A DNA stretch of 64,000 nt from Eledone cirrhosa. Lineage: Eukaryota. The translations under genes and the position numbers were made by a program. The DNA lies in NCBI GenBank assembly GCA_964016885.1, contig OZ024750.1:12338001-12402000 (forward strand), in the 5' to 3' direction. A model generated the notes under the pieces. That model was not told the DNA's origin. It saw only the letters and a program-made list of their open reading frames with translations, and did no database searches. Of the stretch, positions 1-14,035 are shown piece after piece. Positions within the stretch are counted from its first letter, which is position 1. Each line of letters starts with the position of its first letter.

Positions 1-410
1 ATATGAGATATTGATGAAAGTTTCATTATAAAATTATTTGACCTCAAGAACTTGTTTGACTTATCAAGTAATTCTTCTTTGACTTATCAAGTATTAATCT
101 CCAATGAGAGGCAATATGAAAATATTTGTTATCTTTAGACAGTTCTATAAATATTTTGTTACACAGATAGTAGTTACTTCAAAGTAACATGGTAATAAGA
201 AAAAGAATAAGGATTATGTAGTTCCATTAACAAGCTTCATTATGGCTTTGAATCCACCTTGAATATCCTGCTATGGGAAATTTACAACATTTATCAATAG
301 GATTAAGGACATGAGCACTAGTAATACTAGTAGTGAAAACCTAGACCATATTTAGAATTTGTTGGTTTTTATCAAGAAATCAGTATGTTTATTCTATTGA
401 CATTAAAAGT

Positions 411-650
411 TTAACCCTTTAGTTATAAACCCGGCCAAAACCAGCTCTGGTGCTATGAAAAAAAGCCACAAATTTTAAAGGTTTCCAATTTAAATTTAAA
501 TCTTGCAACATAATTTTATATAAGAACTTTACATTAAGTTACTATCTTAGTAATGAAATAATTAATAATTTTAGTAAATCCTTTGAAATTCTTCATTAAT
601 TAATTAAAATAGAGTGTATTTCATTATAAATGTGGTCATGAAAGAGTTAA
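411..650 (+). mobile_element. piggyBac-type MITE, family P1
   Basis: Starts TTAA-CCCTTT and ends AAAGAG-TTAA. Internally homologous to 44859-45248 (reverse) and 55375-55609. TTAA target sites with CCC/GGG termini are the piggyBac signature. Confidence 0.75.
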
Positions 651-671
651 GCAATGGAACAAAGCATGTAT

Positions 672-890
672 TTCATCATCATCTTCCTCATCATCATTTT
701 ACATAGTAGCATGGGCTGGAGGGGTTGTCACTGTATTTGACCAAACAGGTTAAAGTGACCTCTTCATAATTGACATGATTTATATGGTTGGATGCCAACC
801 ACCTTACATGTTATACTGGGTGTGTTTAGCTGGGGGACCACCACTATCTCTTTATGGAGTGTACTGGGTGTATTTTATCGTGACACCAAC
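672..890 (-). mobile_element. Decayed RTE/SINE 3' tail
   Basis: (CAT)n followed by 'agcatggg...gatgccaaccac..tttac..tactgggtg', matching the reverse complement of the tail at 51780-52053. Confidence 0.6.
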
Positions 891-1180
891 ACTAATTTAT
901 ATATATATTTCTCAATATAATTTTAAATATATTTTTATGTTATAGTCACATCTTGCTCTATATCAAAAAGTAGAGTTAAAATAAAGTAACCTAACACTCA
1001 AGTATACATATGCAAAATACATAAAAATGTAGAAAAGTCAATATTTAAATGAACTTCAATCTACCTCATATAATATATGAATACATACATAATCTACCTC
1101 ATATAATACATGGATACATACATAAGCATATCAGTTTTCATGGTTGATACCATTTACATGAAATTGTTTTATATTTATAC

Positions 1181-1234
<54 letters not shown>

Positions 1235-1241
<7 letters not shown>

Positions 1242-1307
1242 TAACAGATTAAAGTTTAAGCAAAGAATCACTGCTTTCACCCTTAAATTTTAATCTGCTA
1301 TTTTAAT
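1235..1307. repeat. Inverted repeat (26-bp arms) abutting a (TA)n tract
   Basis: attaaaataacagattaaagtttaag (1235-1260) pairs with cttaaattttaatctgctattttaat (1282-1307), with 2 mismatches. Confidence 0.8.
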
Positions 1308-1512
1308 AAATATTTGCTCTATGGTTTTTATATATTTATATATATATATTATCCTTATCGAGCCCTCTTCGGATTTTAGTCTTCACATTTATTATTATTA
1401 CTATATATATATATTGTTATACTTTGTGTCTCTCCTTTATTCTGTCCTATACCATCTTGTTTTTTCAACACATCTTGCAAAACAAATTCAAAAACAAAGT
1501 GTATATATATGA

Positions 1513-1720
1513 TCATTATCCTCATCATCATAATTTTACAGCCATTTTCCATGTTGGCATGGGTTAGAACGACCAATCTTGCTTGTATTCCATATTTGGT
1601 AAGATTTCTATGGTTGGATGCCCTTCATTATGCCAACCCCCCTTACAAAGTGTACTGGGTGTATCTTTCATGACACCACCTCTAATACTTTACAGAGTGA
1701 ACCGGGTACATTTCATCATT
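1513..1720 (-). mobile_element. Decayed RTE/SINE 3' tail
   Basis: 'ttttccatgttggcatgggttaga...tttctatggttggatgcccttcattatgccaacc...gtactgggtg'. Confidence 0.65.
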
Positions 1721-1766
1721 ATAGCAACAGACATATAATATTTTACTTTTAGCCTGTAGGACTTTG

Positions 1767-1990
1767 ATACATTACTCTATATTACTCTATATAAGCTATT
1801 GTATTTTCATGGTAAAGGCTTTATCTTACATAATTATCTCACATAATATCGAATCTATGAGATTTTGATATTATTTATTTTGAGAACAATACCTTAATGT
1901 TGGTATAAGCGGCCAGTTATGGCTGGTTTGAACAGAAAGAGGTGAAAGAATTCTGGCCGGATATGGCCAGTTTAAATGCTAAAGGGTTAA
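1767..1990 (-). mobile_element. piggyBac-type MITE, family P2
   Basis: Ends 'gctaaagggTTAA'. The body is the reverse complement of 43036-43269. Confidence 0.75.
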
Positions 1991-3129
1991 AGAAGTTCTT
2001 GGAATGAATTAGCAGATAATATTGCCGAGGCATAATACCTGCAAAACATTTTTCTCTACAGTTTTGTTTAATGTAATGTGTTGCTATTGATACTCTGTAT
2101 TGTAGAGATACATGATCAAGCATTGATAAAGAAAGGGTGGTACATCTACATCTGATATAACAGTTCATGAGATTTTCAGCTTTCATCTTTCTGAACGAAT
2201 TTCTAAATTAGATTAACCATCTAAAATTTATCTGGCTTTCAGGAATTTCATAAATTATTGATATGGAAATTGTTTAATTTTCATGGTTCTATAATATTAG
2301 TTTATGATAGGGTCTAATATGTGGGAGATGTTACATAACATGTTCATTTATTCTATATCCAAAACACATTTGGTTCATGTTATATATTTTATATATATGG
2401 CAACTGATACTTCCAGCATTCTTGGCCCCTGGGACAGCATCCTTACTTACTGCTATCAGGGCAGGGTTGGCTACCAGCAAGTATGAGCCCTGCAAAGTAG
2501 GTGGAATGGCTGTTCTAGTGTATCTCACTCGCCATCCTCTGGTGTAATATCTTCTCTATCCTGTTCACCAGGACTACAAGGCAGCAGTGATTCATATTAA
2601 TATATGATTAGAGTTTTTCTTATTATTTTCAATTAGATATTCTATTCCTTCCATACTGGCTTATTATATATTTCCTAATTAGAAAAAGGTTAGTAAAATC
2701 TTAGATATGGATAAGTGATTCAAACCATGGCAACTTGCTCTAACCCATTCAAGCATAGAAAGTGGATGCATGAAGATGAAGATGATGATGATGATTATGG
2801 CGTTTATGATTATTGGGTGTTATGCCTGTTACAATTATTGTGTTGATAATATATTTTTGTGTTGTTTTATAAATTTTGTATCCATTTTTAATAAGCATCT
2901 GCTTTTATTCTATTAATTTCTGTTTGTGGTTCTATTTAGGGTTTATAAAGCAGAGGTGTGAAGCAAATACATCATATTTCCCATGATTCTCTCACCTACA
3001 GTTAAGCAGTAACTGCAACTGATCAACATTAGAAAATTATTGTTCCAGAAAGCAAACAAACCATTAATGAGTATAGGAGGATTATTCAGTAAATAAGTTA
3101 AAGCTATAACAGAGTTGTGTTAGAAATAT

Positions 3130-3130
<1 letters not shown>

Positions 3131-3209
<79 letters not shown>

Positions 3210-3375
3210 CATACACACACATATATACATACACACATATATACATATACACACACACATATACACACACACACACATACACACATATACATACACACAC
3301 ACACATATATACATACACACACACACATATATATATATAAACACACACACATATATATATATCATATATATATAT
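3131..3375. repeat. Compound (CA)n/(TA)n microsatellite
   Basis: Direct reading. It explains the overlapping CV/YI/HT ORFs. Confidence 0.95.
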
Positions 3376-3489
3376 CATCATCATGATCACTGTTTAATGT
3401 CCATTTCTCCATGCTAGCATGGGTTAGATGAGTTGTCCCATTGTGAGCCAAGCCAGATCAGATGACTAGGGAATAGCTGCCTACATATA

Positions 3490-3712
3490 TAAGTCGATGG
3501 AAACCGTGGAGTGGGGAGACCCAAGAAGACCTGGGATGAGGTGATAGAAGCCAACCTTATCCAATTGCACCTCTCAAAGGCGATGACACACGACCGTGAC
3601 CTCTGGCATCATGCAGTAATACAGAAGACCTGACTTCCCATGGGTACAAGCCGAAGCATATAGACAATATGCCCCCACCACTGCAAAGTGGTCGTGGATG
3701 GTGGTGATGATG
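3490..3712 (+). mobile_element. RTE-clade LINE 3' fragment (ORF C-terminus plus start of 3' UTR)
   Basis: Translates VDGNRGVGRPKKTWDEVIEANLIQLHLSKAMTHDRDLWHHAVIQKT*, showing the RTE C-terminal GRP..TW / DR..W motifs. Homologous to 61265-61500. Confidence 0.8.
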
Positions 3713-4931
3713 ATTAAGTTAGCACTCTTTAATTTATTTCATTTATAAGAAAATAAATTTAAATTAGCCAAGTTTGTATATTGACTGCACTGTTGGCATT
3801 AATCAAGTATTCTCTTAAATTATAAACCAGAGCAAATATAATATAACTTCTAGTTTGGGATAATTATTTTCCATAATTTTCATTACTGAAAGACTCAATT
3901 ACATAATTTAAATCTATTGAAAGTCAATTCAGTGCTGTAGAGTATATATTATGTTATTTGCGGTCATTTTACTCTTCTATGCCATTAGAATATTTTCTAA
4001 TGGTTTCCACATCAATTGAATTTGCTATATTGGTAAACTGCTTCATGCTGGTGCTTCTTATTTGTCAATTTCGCAGAGTTGCATAATCATTCATTTGATC
4101 ATAGGTTTTTGTAATGTGATACTGAAGCAGTTCATTTTAAAGACTACTATTTTCTGAGAACATACTTCAAATACTGCAGTCAAAACAATCTGTTATCCAG
4201 AACTTCACATTTTCATGCAGAACCATTTCTAGCAATTACGCAGTTTCTATTTTTATTTTAGACATTTCATGAACTACAAATAAATATAATCTCACAAGAG
4301 TCTTTTGAACAGTAAAAACTATTGAGGCAATGTAATTTCTATTTTCATTGTCCAAATATTTTATACAAAGCTACAGTTGAACCTTGATTCATTTTCATGA
4401 GACATTAAAACACTCAGTATTTCAAAAATTCCAGAAATAATAAAGATTTTTTTTTTTCACATTACTAAATCATAAACAGTTTTGAAAGAAAATAAATAAT
4501 CAATAAAAAAATCTAACAAATATGTTAATAAAAAATTAATTAAGATTTCCTTTTTTTCTAATAAGAATATTAGTTAAACTGCATAAAAGTCTAAAGAAAA
4601 ACATTTAACAAAAATTTATCACTGACTTTCTATTATACTTAAATAATTGTCATGAAGAGATTTTGATGTTCTATAGAAACCTTTAGACCTATACTTAAGA
4701 AATATATTCAGTATCAGGTATGGTTAGATTACAACACTCTTTAGCTCTTAAATATGTTTTAACTTCTTTCTTTACAACTTATAATTACCAAGATAAGTGA
4801 CCTCTCCTGAAAGAGAACTCATCATCATCATCATCAACATTTTACATCTGTTGTTCCATGTTTATATGGGTTGGACAGGTCCTTTTCAGTACAGCATCTC
4901 TCCACTTGTCTTGCTCCTTTATTATCTCATT

Positions 4932-5195
4932 TAAAAAGCACCCAGTTCACACTGTAAAGTGGTTGTGTGAGTGTCATGACAAAAAGCACCCAGTCCACAC
5001 TGTAAAGTGGTTGTGTGAGTGTCATGACAAAAAGCACCCAGTCCACACTATAAAGTGGTTAGCATTAGGAAGGGCACCAAGCCAAAATCAGTCCCTATGA
5101 GCAAAACATGGTCATCTGACCTGGCATTTCCCACAACAGGACAACTCGTCTAACCTATGCTAGTATGGAATAATGGACGTTAAATGGTGGTGATG
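4932..5195 (+). mobile_element. RTE/SINE 3' tail with about 3 copies of a 48-bp internal repeat
   Basis: Repeated 'aaaaagcacccagtccacactgtaaagtggttgtgtgagtgtcatgac', then the common tail ending 'ggacgttaaatggtggtgatgat'. Confidence 0.8.
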
Positions 5196-6043
5196 ATATA
5201 TATAAGTATACCCCCACACACATATATATATATATATGAAAAAATATAACATGTATACTCTGGTAAATTATATTGCTTGGCAGTTCTGCCTCCAAATATC
5301 ATTGACTATTTAATACTAATGTTGTTTTTAAAGACAGACAGGAAAATAAAATAAAACACAAACATCTCAATTGATGTTAACAAACAATTATTTGTATATT
5401 ACATTTACATAGTGTTTTAAATCCACTAACTTTGTATGAAACATTTAAAATGTACAATAACTATCTTCTAGAAAAACTAGCAGAGTGGTTATCTGCCTAA
5501 TCAAAGTATTGATGATTATGATAAAACTATTGTTGTTATTGTTTTAACTGTTGAAGCAGTGAAAAGAATTGTGGTGATACTGATGTTAATAACAAAGATT
5601 TTATAGTTGTAATAGAGAAAAGAGAAACATTCAAATTGATAAATTTCTCATTGGCATATAAATAACACTGGCTGTTTTTATTGCAACTAGAAAGCAAAAT
5701 ACACGCAATGTTATTTTTACAGAAATTATCAATACCTTGTCAGTTTGAGTTGAAAATTCAAGAATCTACACCTCATGCTGAAAAATAATAGACAACTGAA
5801 TTGTATTTGCTTTGGGCTTTTAAAATGTTCTCATCCACCAATTGAAAAGACTTTGATTTAAAGAAGTCTGATTGTGTCTGATAGCTTGAGTGCTTTGAAT
5901 AAAGAAACTATCTGAAAAAGCATTGATACATTTGTAGCTTTTTATTCTTATCATTATTATTATTATTATTATTATTATTTCTTTTTTTGCTGAAAGGAAA
6001 AGATAATGTTCGAGAACAGAAAGAAAAAAAATATATATATACG

Positions 6044-6089
<46 letters not shown>

Positions 6090-6624
6090 CAGGAATGATG
6101 ATTGATATAATAGGTAGCCAAAGATAAGACACAAAGGAAAATAGCCAAGTGACATAATCAATGGAAACCTTTCTTCAAACAAAACCTATTCAATATTCTA
6201 TAAAGAATCAAGCCAGCTTATTTATGAAATTCATGTCTATAATATACTTTCTTTTAGAGAAACTCTCTTTTGTTGTATTTACTTAAACCAAATAGCCACT
6301 GTCTTCATATTTTCAGTCATATCTTTTATATACTGATAATATATAGCAACAATTTTAACATACATAGTGTGTAATCCTAAGTTTGTGCTTATAATCTGTT
6401 CTTGTAAATTGTTTTAATAGCTTCAGAAGCTATCACAATTGCAGTTTAGTATGTCATTCTAACTAGTTCTTAAAGAAACCAGTCAATAACATCTTACTGC
6501 AGCTAAAGTATAATTCTGATTATAGACTTCTTCATATTTCTACATAAGAAATATTTAAGGTACATTAGTTTGTAAACAAATAAATAACAGTGAAATAACT
6601 ACATGATATCCCTTGACATAAGTG

Positions 6625-6835
6625 AAGTTGCATGGCTGAGTGGTTAGAGAATTGGATTCACAATTGTGAGGTTGTGAGTTCAACTCCTGGACCGGGTGAT
6701 GCATTATTTCCTTGAGCAAGACACTTTATTTCATGTTGTTCCTACCTTGAGTTGCGACCGATAGATAGTATTAGCAATTGGAAAGACCAGCAGAAACATT
6801 GTTTCCTTGGTACGATTTGACAAATGTCGATCGAC
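6625..6835 (+). mobile_element. tRNA-derived SINE, head A with body type 2
   Basis: A box TGGCTGAGTGG, B box GAGTTCAACTCC and a 'ccttgagcaagacacttta' segment. Body matches 38060-38277. Confidence 0.85.
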
Positions 6836-8077
6836 TGTTGATATCTGTTAGCTGTAACTTAGCAGTTTGAAAAAAGTGATCGATAAAATAATTACCAAAC
6901 TTCAAAAAATAAGTAATGGGGTCAATATGATTGACTAAATCAAAGTAGTATTCCAGCATGGCCACAGTCTGAAACAAGAACCACATCACTGCAAAGTAAA
7001 TTACTTTACCACCACAGAACTATGCCCACATGTATATATCTAAATATCTTTCAATAGCTTTAATCACTGATGATGTTCTCAGCTTCACTGATCTCTGGTC
7101 ATCATTCAGACTGAAATATTATATATATTATATATATTATAAATATTATATATAGCAGATTATACTCTCCAAACATCATTCCATATTTTTTCAATTTCAT
7201 GCTATATCACACTGAAATCCTATAGAGAGAGAGATACTGTCAGTCAATACTAATCAAGCAAGTAGAATATTAACAAGCTCTAGCTTTGGAAATCCTATAG
7301 CATTTCTCTTGCTCCAATAAATCCAAATCATCGATCAATGCCCCAATTCACCAATATTTAAGGTGCAGTTACTATTTCATTACATACTGCACTCATAATA
7401 TACAAATTGCAGTATACACTTTTATTTTTATTTCTTTCTCAACTTTTTAAAAATAGTCTATTTAGCTGAAAGCTCAGCTTATCTGACTCCTTGCTGCAAT
7501 TTATTCTTGTTAACATATCTACATGTATATAGGATGTCCCCCCAAAATGTATACATATATTTATTAGAATGTTGTTGAAGTGTGTATACATTTTATGGGG
7601 ATACCATGTGTGTATATATATATATATATATGAAAATATCAGCATAAAAGTGGATAAATGATTTTCCACTGGTGCATTTATACACATATACATACATATA
7701 CATACACATGCATGCATACGTTGCATACACACATACATACATGTACATATATACACACACACATGTATGCATATACAAAAACAGTTTTACATATGTCTCC
7801 TTTTTTTAAATATTTTGTTGCCAGCCTGATTGAAATGGTTTTATTCTAGTATCACACATGCAACTATAAAATGAAACTTGTATCAATTTTCATCAATATA
7901 AACAGAGGCAAGTAGAATGATGTAGATTATCAGAAAGCATTGATTGTAGCAAATTTCTAGCAGAATCTGAACACATAATGACTTAGTTAGTAGTCAGTAT
8001 TTCCACATTGCTGATATTGTTCCTATTGTAGCCTTTCTTTGGTTTTGTTGGTGTTGTTTGGCAAATTAATATGGAAT

Positions 8078-8370
8078 ATCATCATCATTGTTTAACATCT
8101 ATCTGCCATGTTAGCATGGGTTAGACAGGAATTGTCCCACTTGAGGCAAGATTCATTGGGTGACCATATCTCGCTCATATAGGACTGTATCTGGCAGGTT
8201 TTTCTATGGCTGGATGCTCTTCCTAACACCCAACCACATTTACAGTGTGGACTGGGAGCCTTTTTACCGTGTCTCCTACACGACCACTTTACAGTGTGGA
8301 CTGGGTGCTTTTTGTCATGACACCTACACAACCACTTTAGTTTGGACTGGGTGTTCTGTGGTACCAACAT
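8078..8370 (-). mobile_element. RTE/SINE 3' tail with 48-bp repeats
   Basis: Reverse complement of the common tail, with about 3 'accactttacagtgtggactggg' units. Confidence 0.8.
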
Positions 8371-8637
8371 AACTTTACAGAGAAAGGGTGGTGTTGGTGG
8401 GAGTGGGGAGGATGGAGCAGGGGTAGTGGGTTGGGGTATATATTTGGTTAAGAGGTGCCTACTGACTGTAGGTATAACTTTGTACCTAAGGGAAGGTGGA
8501 TCTTCTGTATTACTGGGTAACACCAAAGTTCTCAATCCAGTGACATTGTCTTAGAGAGGTGTAAGTGTGCAATATATTTAATATATTTGTGAATGATTGT
8601 TTGTGTGTGTATAAATAAACTACTCTTTCCCTTCCAT

Positions 8638-8835
8638 GTGAAGGCACATGGCTTAGTGGTTAGAGAATTGGATTCACAATCACGAGGTTGCACATTCGAT
8701 TCCCAGACCAGGTGATACATTATGTCCTTGAGCAAGACACTTTATTTCACATTGCTCTTTCTGCCAGGTGTTGCAACTAGTAGATAGTATTAGCAATGGA
8801 AAGAACAATAGAAACATTGTTTCCTTGGTCTGATG
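8638..8835 (+). mobile_element. tRNA-derived SINE, head A with body type 2
   Basis: 'gaaggcacatggcttagtggttagagaattggattcacaatc...ttcgattcc...ccttgagcaagacac...tagatagtattagcaatgga'. Confidence 0.85.
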
Positions 8836-10586
8836 TAATCGAATGACATCTGGGATCTTGTCAATTTCATTGCTGATATTAATTTATTTCTTTTCCTTAC
8901 TATTAAGTTCAATTGATATATCGAACATCATGGATCTGTATGAGCCACACAAGGTCAACTGATCTGATTAATTTCATAATCTGAGAACCTGTCTAGTCCA
9001 TGCAAGCCTAGAAAATGCACGTTAAATGATGATGAACCTCTATAATATTCAGTGTCTGCTGCCTACATATTTTGAAAGCTAAGCATTACTATATTATAGA
9101 TGTGGTTTTGGAGAATCCTGCTACTAATAATGACGTATCGCATATGTTCACCTCAGGTCAGTTAATTCTTGTAGCATCTGAACTTACTTTGTAATGGAAA
9201 CAAGGTTATATTCATAAAAGTATTCCATAATGATAAACTCACAAATGTGTTGATAACAACCTTCAAGCAATTATATGAACATGAAATGCTGACTACACCA
9301 CTTAAAATCCTCAACGGACATTCTACTAATCTTATTCTTAGTTTCAACTATTGTTTTAATTATTTTGTTAAATGGACAGAATAGTTGCCACTGCACACTT
9401 CTGTATATCTCCATCTTATTTTCTTGTTAGACTACAGTTTAAAATAGTATTAAATATGTTTTCTTAACAAATCCAAGGTAAATTTAATCTCCCTTTTTCA
9501 TGTGTTTCTTTTGAAAGAAGCATCATGACAGATTTGCTGTCCATAAATATTATCTGTTCTTCAACTAAGATGTAGATGTTGATTAGTTGACATAGTTGAC
9601 TCCACAAACAATGTTTTCTTTATATTCTGGTCACAGTAAAAGAAAAGAATATTCTGTATTTACACAAGATCCTTACAGAAGAAATTGCCAAAAATATGTT
9701 ACCACCAAATCCAAGAACCTTATCTTCAACCATGTAACAGGGCTAATAATGAATGAACAGTTTGGTGTAGTATAGAGATGATAATTTTTATCTCAGAATG
9801 AAGATTAAATCAATATCTAAGAAGTATCAAATAGTGATGGCTACAATGCCAAAGCTGTTTTATATTATTAGGGAGAGAATATTGTTTTAGGTTTTTGGTA
9901 AAATAATGTTTTATTTATTTATTATTTATTTATTTATGATAAAATATATTAGCTACATTTTTTTTTAAATATATAGTATTTAGAAAACCTGTTTTGGGGG
10001 GTAAGTCTACATTCATAAACTGATTGTATGAGTTTTAAATTTCAAATACACACAAACCCATTATGATTTTAACAAAATAATTTCCTTTTCATGTTATGAT
10101 CCAAGTTTATTTTATAGAAGACAATAGGAAAAGTAAAATAAAAAAAGGTAGAATTTTTATTTCATTATTGCTCTTGTTTACCATTGTTCTTGTAATTCTT
10201 GTTATCATATATACAAATGACCTAAATTTTAGCAATTTCTAACAAAATCTATATTTTGTATTATATTTCTTTATTGAACTTAACTATAACATCTCACTAA
10301 GGAATAATATTACTTCTGTTCTTGTTAGTGAAACAAAACAGCAATAAAGTATTGATGCTTCTAGACAATTCTATATATTTCTAAACCTACTACCATTTGA
10401 CAGAACGCACTTGAGTGATCTTTTTTTTTATCTAATTTAAAAAAAAAACATTACGCTTCTGATATACAACGGGGGAAACAATTTAAAGCAGAAATTGTAT
10501 TCTTTTTATTGAATTTATATGTATATATAACCAAACTAATGGTTTCATACTTGATCTATTTCCTTTGTAGAAGTTTATAAGCATTG

Positions 10587-10627
<41 letters not shown>

Positions 10628-12149
10628 GTGTTAGATATAGCAGTGCTGCAGTACTAATATCATGCTTAAACATAATTTTATTTGTTGTTGGTAGAAATTG
10701 ACATGTAACATTAATGTTCTCGTAGAGAGCTACATACAATAACTTCCTTTTTAACACCTTTACATATTTATATGTCAAGATATCATTGTCTAAGATTTTC
10801 CTTTCTACAATATTATATTGCATTACAAGATACAGAAAGAGAAGAACAGTGTGAGAAAAATGTCTTGTTTTGTGAATAATTCCTTTGAATCATTTGGGAT
10901 TTCAGAAATTTGTCAATATATATTACTATGACTGGTAAAAAGTCAAATAAAAACCATGTCTACACAATCATATATATGTTTGTGTGTGTGTGTGTGGTGT
11001 AAAAAGTAAACTGAAATAACAAAGCAAACAACACAGTACAATGAAGAAATATATTAGTTTAACACTTGAAATAATACGAAAAGAGTCTTAACGCCTCCAT
11101 CTCTCTCGCCATCTCCATGTCTCTGTATGGTGAGCAAATCTAGAGTCAGTAAGAAGCATAACAGAGATCCTTGCAATAGTAGAATAGTTTATTGCTGTTA
11201 CATTGACACCTTGTCTGAAACAATTTACACTAAAGTGAAAGTTTAGAACTAAATAGTTTAAATTATAATTCAGTGATGTATTTAAGTACTTCAAATAAAT
11301 GCAGTTTATACATTATTATTCTATTTTGTGAGTAAACATTGTTGATATTAATACGACTGAACCAGCCTATCCATAAAAGATATTTATTGTTCTTTGATGT
11401 CACAGAAAATTATTGTTGCTATGGAAATACGTTAAAGGCTGACCTATACCAAATGATCTACTATTTGTAGTGCTTCACGTATTATCGGTTATGGCTTTTC
11501 AATAAGTCTCCATTTTTGCTGAATTGCATATTGCTTTATATAGTATATAAATTGTTACAATAACAACAACAGCAATTACAATGAAATCACAACGAACATG
11601 TTCCTTAATTGTTTTACTGATTATTCCTGCAGTTATCACATGATTGATGCAGTGTTATTAGAAATCAGTCATTAATCAATATACAATTATTCCACTGTTG
11701 CTGTGTTATGATCTTCTAGCCTCACACTAAACACTTCAAATATGATTAGACATTAGAATAAGGTTACTAGTGATTAAATTAATATTGTAATTTTAGCGAT
11801 GTACTTGCAAAACCTCTCCTACATAAATAGGTCAATCCTAGATTTTGATACAATTCTCAGAAAACCAGAAATATACGAAATTTCATTTGAAAGAAATTAG
11901 CAGGAAACGAAAATGGACGTTAAATTGATGATGATGATGATGATGAGTAATGTTTGTTTTGGTGATTCTCTATTATATTTTTATGGAAAAAAAAAAGCAT
12001 TTTGTGGGGTTCATTTGAAAGTGTTTTTGACAATATAACTTCCATATATACTTTTTATCTGAACTTTATTTTTTCTACGTTTTTCAATATACTGATAACA
12101 CTATGCAAAAATATTTCTTTTTAAATGTTTCTCCTTATTCTTTTTCGTT

Positions 12150-12395
12150 GCCCACCTATTCCTGGGATGGTTATGGGGACAGAGTTTTCAAATACAGCTT
12201 CCTGTGGGTCCTGTCAAAAGCAACTGTATCCAATTGATCTGGCTGGATCCCCAAGTGAGACCAGTGGAGCTCATGGATGTTATCCAGCCATCTTGCTCAA
12301 AGTCTACCTCTGGGTCACCTGCCGGTTGGATTTGCCCGTCAAACCTGTTCAGCAATTATTCTTTTAGACATTCTATCCACATGTCCATAGTAATT
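12150..12395 (-). mobile_element. RTE-like LINE 3' end (second family), decayed
   Basis: Minus strand gives a degenerate 'WLDNIHELHWSHLGIQPDQLDTVA.DRT' stretch. Homologous copies at 16288-16390 and 35708-35850. Confidence 0.65.
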
Positions 12396-13617
12396 GTAGC
12401 TTCTAAGAACATTGCAGTGCGATTGGGAATGCATTGGAGCCAACGTTTTTGTTGGTGTTGTAAATCCAATGACCTAAATTTGTTTAATGACTCTCTGTAT
12501 TTGAAAATTAAGCTTTCGTCAATTTAGGTCTTATTGACACTTCTAGGTCTCACCTTGTCTTGCAATAGTTTTGTGGAACAAATATTATGAAAATATTAAT
12601 ATCTCCGAACTGCTGTTTCAGTACCAATAGCAATACGTATTTGAAATATGACAGGTATTGTCAATTTAGATTTTTCTAAAAAGATGTTGCTTTGCACAGA
12701 ATCTGTCACTTTTCATTTTGAACATCTCTAAAACAACTATCATTTTATGACAGCCCCTCCTCGCCTACACACAGCTTATCGTTAGCAATAATGTGATTCA
12801 TTTGTAAAAGCTACAACAACAGTATTAGGTGATAAATTGTTCAATATTTTCATTTGTTAGGTAGCCATTTTGAAGCTTCACAAATCGATTAAGAAAGTAA
12901 AACAAAAGATATGGGTTTTTGAAAATACTTTTGCAAAAAAAAACGGTTTAAACATTTTTTTTTTTCTTTGTTGAAAAAAATATTTTGAATCTCTGATGTT
13001 CAAAACAAAATTGCAAAGACTGTTTTATTTTTAGGTATAATTGAAACGTTATGAGGTAGGAATACATCATAAAAAACCCTGCCATACATTTTTTATTACA
13101 ATTGATCCTTTCTGTTCTTTTGTCATATGTTCAGCTACAAATCAATGATGGAGATAGAACAAACTTCAAACACTATAACAGATAAAGTATACAGCAAATA
13201 TTTTCTCTGAAAAAGAGTGATGAACTAGATAATATTCATATGAAACTATCAGGTCTCATGGAAATTCTACGTTTGTTGAAAACTCCAACAATATCTACTC
13301 TGGCCTATGTTTCTTATTTTATTATTTTCTCTCTTGAATTATTTGACCATTGGTCATCATCATCATAGGTAGAGTTGGATTTAGACCATGTTGGGCCCCT
13401 CATACACAAAAAAAAATACACAGCAGCCCTACCCCCAATATTACATATCAAAGTTAGCTTGCCGCAAGTAATTGAAAAGGTGAAATATACATACTTAAAA
13501 AATTCTAATCATCCTAAACTAAAAAGCCTAGCTGAAGGCTCAAATAAATTGCTACAGCCGTTTCTGGTGGCTCAGGGCAATTGCCCTCCCCATTAAATTC
13601 GATCCTGATAATAATTT

Positions 13618-13820
13618 ATAAATTCCTTCTATACAATGGCTTTAGTGATAGTTTTTCCTCCTTGTTAGCCTTGCGTTTTGGTATTAACTATCCTAACAAA
13701 AACATCCGTTATTTTCATAGTCCTAGAGAATTTGATATATAACTGTCTCTGACTAAACTCTGGTTGTGATAAATTTCTATCTTATCAGATGTTTCATCCT
13801 AATATAACTGGAGACTTAGT
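13618..13820 (-). mobile_element. Helitron RepHel (PIF1-like helicase) C-terminal remnant
   Basis: Minus-strand translation NLSQPEFSQRQLYIKFSRTMKITDVFVRIVNTKTQG*QGGKTITKAIV*KE resembles the Helitron motif 'PVFSHGQLYVAFSR...T.NIVYKE'. Contains two in-frame stops. Confidence 0.8.
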
Positions 13821-13916
13821 TCTTTGTAAAACGTTTACTTTAGCAGATAACATTTAATTGAGCAAATGGACATATGTTAAATAGGTGACGATTTATATAT
13901 ATATATATATATATAT

Positions 13917-13953
13917 ATTGTACAGCCGACAATGTTATTCTCCATTCTTTTAC

Positions 13954-13987
<34 letters not shown>

Positions 13988-14022
13988 TAGTAAAAGAATG
14001 AAGAATAACATGGCTGTACAAT
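13917..14022. repeat. Inverted repeat (about 36-bp arms) around a (TA)n spacer
   Basis: attgtacagcc[gaca]atgttattctccattcttttactat pairs with atagtaaaagaatgaagaataacatggctgtacaat. Confidence 0.85.
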
Positions 14023-14035
14023 AGGGTTTATTTAA

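Noticed and set aside
1350-1378. Minus-strand CCGAAGA gggctc GATA near the 1235-1307 fold-back
   Set aside because: Both core boxes are altered and the stems are too short to support a call.
3082-3390. ORFs rich in YI/CV/HT/LS/RE dipeptides here and at 34168-34443, 35481-35780, 36344-36814, 38576-39330 and 59035-59359
   Set aside because: They are translations of (TA)n, (CA)n, (CT)n and (CTT)n microsatellites, which lack stop codons in some frames.
7064-7125. CTGATGA...GAAA as another hammerhead
   Set aside because: No coherent stem II closing pair or stem I partner.
9677-9742. Possible 66-bp minus-strand exon (ttattag / gtaagg; PCYMVEDKVLGFGGNIFLAISS)
   Set aside because: Weak polypyrimidine tract, no recognised homology and no partner exons. 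Such splice-like pairs arise by chance in 64 kb; RNA-seq would be needed.
11085-11156. Possible plus-strand exon ending ATG/gtgagc
   Set aside because: Only a donor-like site, with no convincing acceptor or recognisable peptide.
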